NCBI GenBank assembly: GCA_030390025.1
Contig: CM059432.1
Coordinates: 40,798,001 to 40,862,000, forward strand
Direction of reading: 5' to 3'
From: Squalus acanthias
Taxonomy: Eukaryota
Length of the DNA stretch: 64,000 nucleotides
Shown here: piece after piece, positions 37,321 through 47,277 of the stretch
How the letters are laid out: each line of letters opens with the position of its first letter
How positions within the stretch are numbered: the first letter of the stretch is position 1
The notes under the pieces: generated by a model
Seen by the model: only the letters and a program-made list of their open reading frames with translations
Told to the model about the DNA's origin: nothing
Database searches by the model: none
Program-made: the position numbers and the translations under genes

Positions 37321-38648
37321 GATAATTGTAACCCCCCAAAATGGATGGGTTTGTGCCTGTGAGAAGTTAAAATTTTAAACACGACCCCAACCCGTCCACT
37401 TCTGGTTTTAAAGGAGGCGGGACATGGATGGGTGATCAATCTGCTCTCAGGAGGCTGTTCTGTTGGTAAAAGCTTTTAAGAAGGCTGCTTGCTTCCATTT
37501 TTTTTTTTTAAAAACAGGCTTTTATTTTCAACCCACTTCGGCCTGGTTTCTCAGGCCTCAGGAAAATCAGTAGGTGAAAGGAGGCATGAAGGGCCGGATC
37601 CATAAGGTAAGTGTATTTACAGCACTGCTTGTAGGCCGGGAGGAGCAGAAGTGTTTCCCCCCCCCACCCCGGCCTAACAAGCTTACCTGCTTCTAGCTCC
37701 ATGATCACTCTCCCCGATCTTTCCCTTGCGATATCCCCCGCAATTCCATGCTCTCACCCCCACCCTCCCAGTGATCTCTCTCCTCCTGACCATGATCTCT
37801 ACCCCACCCCCGCCACCCCCCCGCCCCCGCCCGCAATCTCTCCCTACCTGCTTTCTGCTTCTCCATTGTGGCCTTGTGCCGCTGGCCTTCCTACTCTAAA
37901 GGCAGTCAGCTTGTCAATCAGGCTGGCTGTCAGGCAGGAAACCTACAGAATAAATTTATAGGAACAGGAGTAGGCCATTCAGTCCCTCGAACCTGTTCTG
38001 CCATTCAATTAGATTGTGGCTGATCAATCCATTTACCTACCTTTGATCCATGTCCCTTGATACTCTACCTGATAAAAATGTCAGTCTCAGTCTTGAACAT
38101 TTAAATTGGCCCAGCATCCACAGTGTTTAGTTAATATTTGCAGGACGTCCGGGAAACCTGTATTTCCGGGTTTCCTGTCAGAATCCTCTCCCCACCCCCG
38201 CTCAAACCCCACCTCCCTGTAAATATCAGGGCCATTGTTTTAGGAAGCAGTCCTGGATGTATGCTAAAAGTGTTCCCACTGTGACCACATGCATTGCCTT
38301 TATTCTAATCTATCTTGGGATAGTTAAAATCACCCAATATTATTGCCATGTTGTTCTTGTACATCTCTCAAACTATCTGCAGATCACCACCTACATCTCA
38401 TCTTCACTATTTAGTAGTCTGTAATGCACACCGAGATTTGTATCTTTTCCTCTTTCTGTCTCTTAACACTATCATTGGTGAAAGGAGAATCCAAAATAAC
38501 TTTTAAAAGGGATAAATATTTTAAGGAGGAAAATTTAGAAAGAATATCGGGATAGGGCAGGAGAATGGGACTAAGTGGATAGCTCTTTCAGAGGCCTGGC
38601 ACAAGCACGATGGGCTGAATGGTCTCCTTCTGTGTTGTATGATTCTAT

Positions 38649-39450
38649 GAGGGTGATTTTCTCAATGGGGAGCTTTTGGAGGCGGGACTTCCACTTGTCA
38701 GGTTTCAGTCCCGCCTCCATCAACTTCTGACCAACCCACGCTATTTTCCCTTAATTGACCTTGTTAAGCCCGCCCAGCGGGCTTAGCGGGCCAATTAAGG
38801 GAAAGCTGGTTGCAGAAAAATTGACAGATGAATTGTCATCGTTTGACAGCTCTGTGAAGCTGTCAAACACTGACATTCTCTGTAGTTTGATGAGGTCTTG
38901 AATTCAAGACCTCATCAAACTTCTTTCTTTTACAGAAATTAGATGGTTGTTGCATTGGAGAATGCAACGGCCATCTGTCATCTGCAACGCGGAGGTCCGA
39001 GAGTCTCCACATACACACCGACTGAAGCCTGCAGGAAGAAACAAAGGTAAGTACACTTTTACTAACACTTTGCACTTACCTCAGATACTCACCTCTCCAC
39101 TCTTGCATCCATCACTTACCTTCACAGCGCACTTTTGCACTCCCCCCCGACCCCCCACTCGCCTCGCTGACCTGGCGGGTTTCGGAGCCTTCGGGAAGCC
39201 CGCACTTGAGGGCAAAAAGGGGATAATCCTATTTTCTGCCTGTTAACTAACTGTTAACAGGCAGTTAATAGGCTTTAATCCCTTCCCGCCTCCAAGGAGA
39301 CAGGACCCAGCGCAGGATGGCTACCTGCCTCCTGGGAAGATGGCATGCAGGCGGGTTGGGGCCGGGTTGGGCACCCGCCCCCAAATTCTGCCATTTTCCC
39401 GGCAGGCCCACCTCCAAACCTGCCTCCCCAGGGCTGGCAAAATCACCCCC
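38649..39450. mobile_element. Harbinger-like MITE
   Basis: GAGGGTGATTTT...AAAATCACCCCC flanked by TAT/TAT. Confidence 0.8.
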
Positions 39451-39789
39451 TATAAGTCACTGAAACCGACCGTATGATGAAGCTAAATTAATATACATAG
39501 TTGGAGGTAATGACTGACGTTAATTCAGCTTCTTACATTGTCAGTAACTTCTCCAAGGCGGTTCCATGATGTTATTAACACAATATAAATGAAAGCAGTA
39601 AAAATAGAAACAAAATAGAAATAATTTAGTTTTTTTTGGGCAGTCAAACTCCCTCTAATCTCACCCACACTACATGAAATGAGGCAATATGATCACATCC
39701 CCATGATCTGACACTAGTCCAGTAACCTCATATCAAATTCAATTTGACTTCTAAACCTATACTGGTTAATAATAGACCAGGAATCGCTG

Positions 39790-40586
39790 AAAATATACTT
39801 ACAGTATTTTATTTAACATTGAATTTAATATACAAATGTACTGACAAATATATAATTGTATGCATATACAGTATTTCTTTAAAAAAAATCATTCCTTTGA
39901 CATTTCATGGATTCAAACATTAGGATAGCAGTTGCACATATTCTAACTCACAGAATTATCCTCAAGTATTGCACTCCTTGAGCTAACTCTTGTCGCATAA
40001 AAAGATTTTTTCTACATTTTAGTGCTCACAGACGTTAATCTCTAACATTTTATATCAAAGTTATCTGCTACAATCAAACTGGCAATATTTGACTTACAAT
40101 ATCTTAATAGAAATGTTATTTTTAACAGTAAAAAAGCTTAGAAATCTACAATCTAAACATGCATACATAGTTTGAGTCATTAATCAGATTAATCAGTTGG
40201 ACTAATTAGGTTTTAACACTTTCCATCTTATATCTTTAGCCTTTCTGTCATTGTTTAACTGTACTGACACTAATGTTCAGATTTGAGAGTAAATAGGAAT
40301 AATATTCCAGCCAGATAAGTGAGAACATTGGCATATAAAATCTTGGCAAATATAAAAGGCACACTGGAACTTTTTTAGTCAGTACTTGATATTGATTATT
40401 TTAGGAGGCACACAGTTTGAATAGAGCTGACTTTATGTTTGTAAACAATTTATACGTATAAAATCTTTCATATTTTTGTGTTTTTTATTTCATGCAACAG
40501 ATGCATTTGTGATACTTAGGAAAGAAAGTGATAGTCTTTAGACTAAATCTTTTAAATGTTAAATAGCAGAATAAATAAACTTACAA
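39790..40586 (-). other. ESRP1: Probable ESRP1 terminal 3' UTR exon
   Basis: Acceptor cluster CCTTTTCTCCAG/TAG/TTTTCTACAG (exon starts 40599, 40596 or 40586), AT-rich non-repetitive body, AATAAA at 39808-39813 preceded by TGTA motifs. Inferred, no transcript data. Confidence 0.6.
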
Positions 40587-40609
40587 CTGTAGAAAACTAC
40601 TGGAGAAAA

Positions 40610-41390
40610 GGTAGGCATGGAATAGTGCTGCATCACAGCAACAATTGGCAGATATGAGCCCTGTACAAGTCTTGCTTTATAGTAATGAAAAAGCAGTGTT
40701 ATATAGGTCATCCATTACAATAATGATATTCAGGGAAGCATCTGGTACATTTATTATTGGAGTCAAAGAGCCTTGTGCAGGTGATTTTAATAGATGAGCC
40801 CTTTTAAAATGTGTTACAGTAATGAGTGATGTGGAAGAGCCCTTTACAGGTGTGATATAGCAATAAGTGGCATAGAAGAGGCTTCTACAGAAGTTTTAAA
40901 GCATTTATTAGCATAGAGGTGCTCTGTACATGTTTATTACAGTAATGTTTGGCATAGATGAGTGCTCTTCAGATGTGCTACTGTAATGAGTAACATGGAA
41001 GAGCCCTATAAAGGTATTTTATAGCAATCACTGGCATGGAAATTCCCTGTACAAGTGTGTTACACTAAATAAACAGCTCTGTACTAGCAAGTTACAGTAA
41101 TGATTGGCATTATCCCTGTACAGGTGTGTAAAATAATGATTGGCGTGAAGGAGACCTGTAAAAATGTGCTACAATAATGAGTGACATGAAAAAAGCCCTG
41201 TACAGGAGTGTTACATAAATGATTGCCACGGAAGAGGCCTGTACTGATGTATTACAGTAATGAGTGGCATGGATGAGCCCAATACAAGTTCTGCATGATA
41301 GTAATGATTGGCATAGATCAATGTTATATACGTCATCTCTTACAATAATGGTCAATATGGAAGACCCTGTACATAGGTGTTACGACAGTA
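40610..41390. repeat. Degenerate 41-bp minisatellite, roughly 18 units
   Basis: Approximate consensus GTGTTACAGTAATGAGTGGCATGGAAGAGCCCTGTACAGGT; unit starts at 40811, 40852, 40893, 40975, 41016, 41057. Confidence 0.85.
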
Positions 41391-41659
41391 TCCAAGTTCT
41401 AATGTTCATATAAAAGCCTGAACATTACAGATTGTGCTAATTAAACAAAATTGCTATTTGGTGATAATGTATACATTCTTTCAATGTTCAGCTTCACTTA
41501 ACCTCTAAGATCTAATGAAAATTGTATCATTCTCACTTTGTTAGTAGAATAGTTTATCTTAAGAAAATTCTTCATTCTGAATTTTTTGTTTTGGATGTTA
41601 CTATTTTTGCATCAATATGCTTTTTACCTATGTTTCCATTCTGAGTAGCACATCATATT

Positions 41660-41818
41660 TTACAACAAGTAAAGATCCACATAGCGACTGCCAATGTGGT
41701 GGTGGTTCTTCTCTACCACAGCTTGCTTGGCAGCATCCAATGATGGGAATATCACAAAAGCGTCGCTGCTGGACTGTCCGTATAAGTTGGACATGATCAG
41801 CACAGACTCGGGGGGAAT
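41660..41818 (-). CDS. ESRP1: ESRP1 alternative last coding exon completing a fourth quasi-RRM
   Basis: Acceptor TTTTTTATTTACTGATGCAG, phase 0, IPPESVLIMSNLYGQSSSDAFVIFPSLDAAKQAVVEKNHHHIGSRYVDLYLL*; donor ATAG|GTAAAA 32 nt after the stop (exon ends 41628). Confidence 0.85.
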   Translation of the reverse strand: MPPESVLIMSNLYGQSSSDAFVIFPSLDAAKQAVVEKNHHHIGSRYVDLYLL

Positions 41819-42979
41819 CTGCATCAGTAAATAAAAAACAGCATGGCAATAATAGATAACTGGAGATATATCCCACAGCAACATGCGCCATCCCATAGAT
41901 AAAATCCCAGCACCAGACAGGCTTCTTTCATTCAGCTACTTACACTTTCCCATCACCTTGAGGTTCATTTTGCTACCATATCTTAGTGTTGCTAATTTGG
42001 AACACACCAGTAAACCCTACTCTGTTTCAAAGTGCTGCTGCACCTACATTTCCATATGGATAAGTATCTGTAGGATATACAGAGAATCAACAACAGCTTG
42101 AATTGTGTTCCAGGGGTGGAAGTCCTGGCATAGTCAGAAGTTGTGAAAGAGAGAGACAAGCTCAAACAGTTTCCACAGTCACATCCCTAAGACTGAGCTT
42201 CAGCCTCAAACTTGATGGCAATAATGGAAGCCTCTGTTAATGCTGCTCTATAACATCCACGAAGAGAGCAGCCCAGGATGATTTGCCCTCCCTCCTTGTA
42301 GGGAAGTGTCTAGTATCTTTTGGGGCTCCCTACTGTACCATGGCTGAAATCAGGAATTTTCATTATAGGAAATTGCGCATGGACCTGTGTCCTGTTGATA
42401 TGTGGTGTTGTGATGCAGGCTACCATTCCCCATCTACAATAATATCGCTATTAAATAAGTCAGCCAATTTTTGCAGTAACTGCTACTATGATTGAACTAC
42501 ACCTTTCACATTTAGAACCCCTAAAGGCTGATTAACATGGGAATGTGCAAGAAAAGGCGAGTTAGATTACAAGATCAGACATGAAACAAACACAGGGCTG
42601 CTACAAAAGAACTGGGATTTTTTTTTATTATAAAAGAGTGTCAAGTGATGAAGAAGGGGAAATCACTGAGAAGTAAGCAACTGGCTCTGTTGTGTTGAGT
42701 ATTTCTGTACTATATGTTAGTGTTGTGCAAGTTTTAATCTTATTTTCATCTCAGATAGCTACTTTTTAAATAATGAAGACTTATGCATGTCATGTTGCCG
42801 ATCCGAGAAGTACTGTTATGGAAATGTGCGGAGTGAAGGCAAGGCGTGTCACTTCTCCAGAGAGAGAGAGAGGACAAACTGAAGGTCAAGTCATTGAGCT
42901 GCATGCCGAGCTCCTAGGAGCCGGCAGAGGTCTTGAAGCAGGCCATTTGTCTACCCTTTCAATCCAGGTATGTGCATAG

Positions 42980-43225
42980 AAAGAAAGAACTTCTATTTAT
43001 ATAACCTCGAGACATACCAAATCATTTTATAGCCAATGAAATACTTTTGAAGTGTAGTCACTGTTGTAATGTAAGGGAAACTGGCAGCCAATTTCCGCAC
43101 AGCAAGGTCCCACCATCAGCAATTAGATAATGACTAGGCAATCTGTTTTGATGGCGTTGGTTGAGGAATAAATGGTCAGAACACGGGGACAACTCGCCAG
43201 TTCTTCAAATAGTACCACAGGATAT
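42980..43225 (-). mobile_element. Deu-core SINE 3' half
   Basis: AGCCAATGAAATACTTTTGAAGTGTAGTCACTGTTGTAATGTA...GCAGCCAATTT...GCACAGCAAG...GTTGGTTGAGG. Confidence 0.8.
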
Positions 43226-43784
43226 ATTAGGCTTATTTAAAAAGGAGTCTAACATTTTTTCCCCCACTGTAGCTGTATAATTGCCCACTCCCAATGTATG
43301 CAAGATTATTATGCACTTAAATGCCGTAACCTACAAGGCTATGGACCAAGAGCTGGAAAGTGGGAATTGGGCTGGATAACTCTTTTTCGGCTGGCACAGA
43401 CATGATGGGCCAAATGGCCTCCTTCTGTGGCATAAATTTCTATGATTATTTTGCTGATCGGCTTTCTCTATTGCTTTGCATTTTACCTCAGTACTCAATA
43501 TTAATTTAGGAGCATCTATAAGACATATTAAAAGCAAACACTTTGAAACAGATACTTAGGCACAAGGCGCAGCAACTTATGTGCATTTGAAAAACCTTAA
43601 ACCCACACAAAATGAAGAAAGCTGAAATCTGATCCACAATGCTTTGCACACATGTACACCATCAGTTTTCCCAACACCACATGATTTGTGAAAGCATCTT
43701 TAATACAGGTCGAGTGACCCAGTTAGGTGGACATAGCACTTCCTTACCTGCCTTCTCTTACAAGAGGTCTATCTCATGAGCCAT

Positions 43785-43874
43785 TTAAATACAGACCCAT
43801 TCTTTGGGATGTGTGAACATTGTCCTGGCCTGGTCATGCGCATGCACAAGTCCTTGGCATTCCTCAGCTGGATA
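43785..43874 (-). CDS. ESRP1: ESRP1 canonical last coding exon (EWVCI tail)
   Basis: Acceptor TTCAACCTTGCATCAG, phase 0, YPAEECQGLVHAHDQARTMFTHPKEWVCI*; donor GCAG|GTAAGG 37 nt after the stop (exon ends 43748). Resembles the mammalian ESRP1 end [24 protein letters not shown] as recalled. Confidence 0.93.
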   Translation of the reverse strand, partial: YPAEECQGLVHAHDQARTMFTHPKEWVCI

Positions 43875-44332
43875 CTGATGCAAGGTTGAACATACATAAA
43901 AATCTATTAAACTCACACCACCATTTCTGTCTCATCAAATAAAAAACACATGCTGCAATAGTTTGCTGCTGAGTCTTATCGGATTCCTTTCAAAAGTTTA
44001 CCTTTAAATTGTACATTAGCTCTCAATTCCCAGACAGTAATTCCTGAGTGGAGGTACATTAGGTGAGATGTCATTCAAAGTGGATGTGGGTATTGTGATT
44101 TGAGTTATATCTGGCTTGACTTCCCAACAATGTTGCCCAACCGCATGTTCTGCTGCTGTCTGGCATCTGTCCAGAAGGCTGACCATGTACAATAGCATAG
44201 TGAGGCCAGTTGCGTTCAAATGATAGCCATATCTTGGGATTTACATCGGTTGTGCATCCCAGTACTTTAGCTTTAAAGATACTAAACTACCCCGGAACAG
44301 TATTTTGTGGGACATTACTTACTGTGAAACAT

Positions 44333-45092
44333 GGGGGAATTTTAACATGGAGGAGCGGGTGGGAGGGGTTAAATGAGCAAAGAAATGGAAGCGTGTCGGG
44401 AAGTTAGCTCCAACCAGCTGACTTCTGGCTTTTACTCAGGCGGGACAAGGGGCAGCCAACCCGGTCCCAGGAGGCGAGTTGCTTTTTTAAATATGTTAAT
44501 GAGGGTGGAAGCCTCGGATTTAAACTAACTGTGGCCAGCCGGGTTTCCTAACCTGGCAGCTGCAGCGAGGTGAAGACAGCCTCAGGGAGCACTCCTTTGT
44601 GGGCCAGGAGGGATTCCTTCCAGCCCCCCAGGCTCCCCCACCATCAGACGCCCCCCCCGGGATCAAGGATCGGACCCCCAGTGGTCAGGAATCAGACACC
44701 CACCCCAGACCCCGGGGATCGGACCCCCAGTGGTCAGGAATCAGACACCCACCCCAGACCCCGGGGATCGGACCCCCAGTGGTCAGGAATCAGACCCCCA
44801 CCCCAGACCCCGGGGATCGGACCCCCAGTGGTCAGGAATCAGACACCCACCCCAGACCCCGGGGATCGGACTTACCTGGTCCTGCGGCCTCTTCCCCAAC
44901 GTTCCCCGCTCAACTGGAAGCCAAGTCGTCAATCAGACTGACTTCTGGGCGAGGAATCTGTCAGTGATGAAAGACGCGCGCTGTGGAGTTAAATCTCCAC
45001 AGCACGCGGGGAAACCCAGATTTCCAGGTTTCCCACGCGCTACTGGGCCCTGCGCCCCGCGCATCAAAGTGTTAAAATCCCCCCCTCCCCCC
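44333..45092. mobile_element. Harbinger-like MITE containing a tandem repeat
   Basis: GGGGGAATTTTAAC...GTTAAAATCCCCC, CAT on both flanks (right end blurred by C-run). Confidence 0.7.
44667..44871. repeat. 49-bp tandem repeat, 4.2 copies
   Basis: GGATCGGACCCCCAGTGGTCAGGAATCAGACACCCACCCCAGACCCCGG at 44667, 44716, 44765, 44814; one substitution in unit 3. Confidence 0.95.
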
Positions 45093-45149
45093 CATAATTT
45101 CAAGATATGAAAATCACTCTCCAAAAAACTGCATGTTTCTTAATTAGAT

Positions 45150-45455
45150 TTTTTTTTTAATTAATTCTCGGGATGTGGGCACTGTGGCAAGGCCAGCATT
45201 TCTTGCCTATCCCTAATCGCCAAGAGAAGGTGGTGGTGGGCCTTCTTCTTGAATTGCTGGTAGCAGTTTGATACAACTGTGTGGCTTGCTAGGCCACTTC
45301 AGAGGGCAGTTAAGAATCAATCATGTTGGTGTGGGATTGGAGTCCCATATAGGGCAGACTGCGCAAGAAAGGCAGGTTTCCTTCCCTAAAGGATATTAGT
45401 GAACCAGTTAAGTTTTTACGACAATCCAGTAGCTTTATGGTCATATTTACTGATA
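45150..45455 (-). mobile_element. SINE 3' part with LINE-B tail
   Basis: Reverse match to 59550-59790. Confidence 0.75.
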
Positions 45456-46283
45456 CAGCCCCCACAATTTGCTATACACGGTGTACTCCTGCTCCTCCAG
45501 GCTCCACAGTCAAGTATTTTGTACAAAACTTAGCTTTTTGGCAGAGGCTTCCAGCGGTCCCTTTAAGGATCGCTGGTTAGGCCATACATAGACCTGGTTA
45601 ACCTGAACGCAGCCAGCCCAGTGTTGGCAGCATTCAGGGCAGCCCAATTTTGGGAAGGAGTCATATAACAGGCCTCAGGCCTCCTATTTGCACATGCAAA
45701 ATTTCTAACGGCTGTTTCAGGCATGTACACTGGACACCACCTAGAAATTTGTGTGTGCTGTAGGCTCTGAGTTTGGTTTAATAATATGGAGAGGGTGGAG
45801 AAGACAGTGGGTAATGGACAGCACAGTGGTGGAGGCTGTTTGTGAAAACAGCAGCTCCTTCCCCTGTGGGCCAGCAGCGACCGCAATGAAATTGCTAGCT
45901 ACAGCAATCGGAGGTGGAGTAGCGTAATTCACGCTGCTCAGATAAGAATTGACCATCTGCAACCAAAGATCCCGTCCCGACTATAAGAATGCTGTAGCTG
46001 TGCTGGGATTCGACCAAAAAGAACAGGCCGCAAAAGTCATGAATAAATTACATCTGTCTGGCTGTATGGAGAAAATCTGACTTTTAAAAACCTGAGCAGC
46101 AGAGTGTCTATATTTGAATAAACTGTGAATAACAAATTCATTTGTAATAAAAGTCACTGTTTTAGAAAAGTGCGCACTCTCTACCATAAGAAGTATATTC
46201 CAGTTATTGATAACCATATAAATCACTGGTAAATCAGGAAGCACAGATTATAAGGTTGGTAGTAGAATTCCACAGGAAGGGCC

Positions 46284-46299
46284 TGTTGCCATGGCAACA
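46284..46299. promoter_or_regulatory. Perfect palindromic RFX X-box
   Basis: TGTTGCCATGGCAACA, next to CAGGAAG ETS-like cores, in non-repetitive intron sequence. Confidence 0.55.
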
Positions 46300-46448
46300 A
46301 GCTGTCTTAGCTATGCCTCATCTGTCAAAAAGGTCACCAGTCGCCACTAAGAAAAACTGCAGTTCAATGGAAATATCATATCTGATTAACTGGCACTGAA
46401 CTTATATTGATTCTGAAAATTGATGGAGGAAAAAAAATGGAAAATAAT

Positions 46449-47277
46449 GGGCCAGAATTTGCGGTGGGTATGACAGCATATTCTCAGAGTATGCCGTCAT
46501 ACCACCTTTGAAATGGACCGCAAGTTTGGGATTTCCGCATGCGCTGGCGTATGCGCTAAATCCCGAACTTGCGATGTCAAGTTACGACTTGACAGATCAT
46601 CCACTCCGCCTTGGAAATCTCAATTGCTGGTGCAGAGTTGGGCTAATTGCCCATCAACTGCCCAGCAATTACGAAAATTTTACAGCTGATGCAAACAGGC
46701 ATATACGGTCAAATATTTCCGCTTCTTGTTAATACTGTCCAATATTTCCGCTTCTTGTTAATACTGTCCAATATTTCTGCTTCTTTAGAGTATTTTATAT
46801 GAAATTTTACAGAGCTTGAATGATTTATCAGAACTCTAATTCCTAAATTAGATTTAAAAATTAATTCCCAAATCATTTTTTTTTTTTTTTTTTAGGTGGG
46901 TCTGAGTGAGAGAGAGAGCGGGTCATTTTGGAACTATTTATTCTCCTGGTCCTTATAATTATTCTGAAAATACATCCAATTGCAGATAATTCTGTAAAAA
47001 TATAACGTTGGATGAAATGCAATATAAAGAACGTTACCAGTATTGGAGGTACATACTTTCCCTTCGGTGTACTGATTGGAGCACCAGGCCCACGTGATCC
47101 CAGGTACGCTTCCGCACACGCTGCGCCCCTGGGATCCATGGACCGTTACGCTGCCCTCGAGTACACAGCGTCAGAGAGCAAGTTCACGAAGGAGGGTCCC
47201 CATCAGGTAAGTTCGTATTCTATTCGGATGTTGGCGGCGTACTCCATAGGTACGCTGCCGACCGCAAAATCTGCCCA
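46449..47277. mobile_element. Harbinger-like MITE
   Basis: GGGCCAGAATTTGCGG...CCGCAAAATCTGCCCA flanked by AAT/AAT; internal 29-bp tandem repeat at 46712-46784. Confidence 0.8.

Noticed and set aside
1..39400. Exons of the expected downstream neighbour DPY19L4
   Set aside because: I found no translation resembling it; absence by eye is not proof.
41660..41896. 78-aa ORF as a standalone small RRM gene or retrocopy
   Set aside because: Similarity starts exactly at the acceptor at 41818; the missing first strand and helix are supplied in phase by exon 57317-57467.
43785..43800. WVCI* as a CaaX prenylation signal
   Set aside because: Cysteine is penultimate, not fourth from the end.
44570..45110. 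Proline-rich repetitive ORFs; CRISPR-like appearance
   Set aside because: Simple 49-bp head-to-tail tandem repeat, not a multiple of three, no spacers, eukaryotic context.
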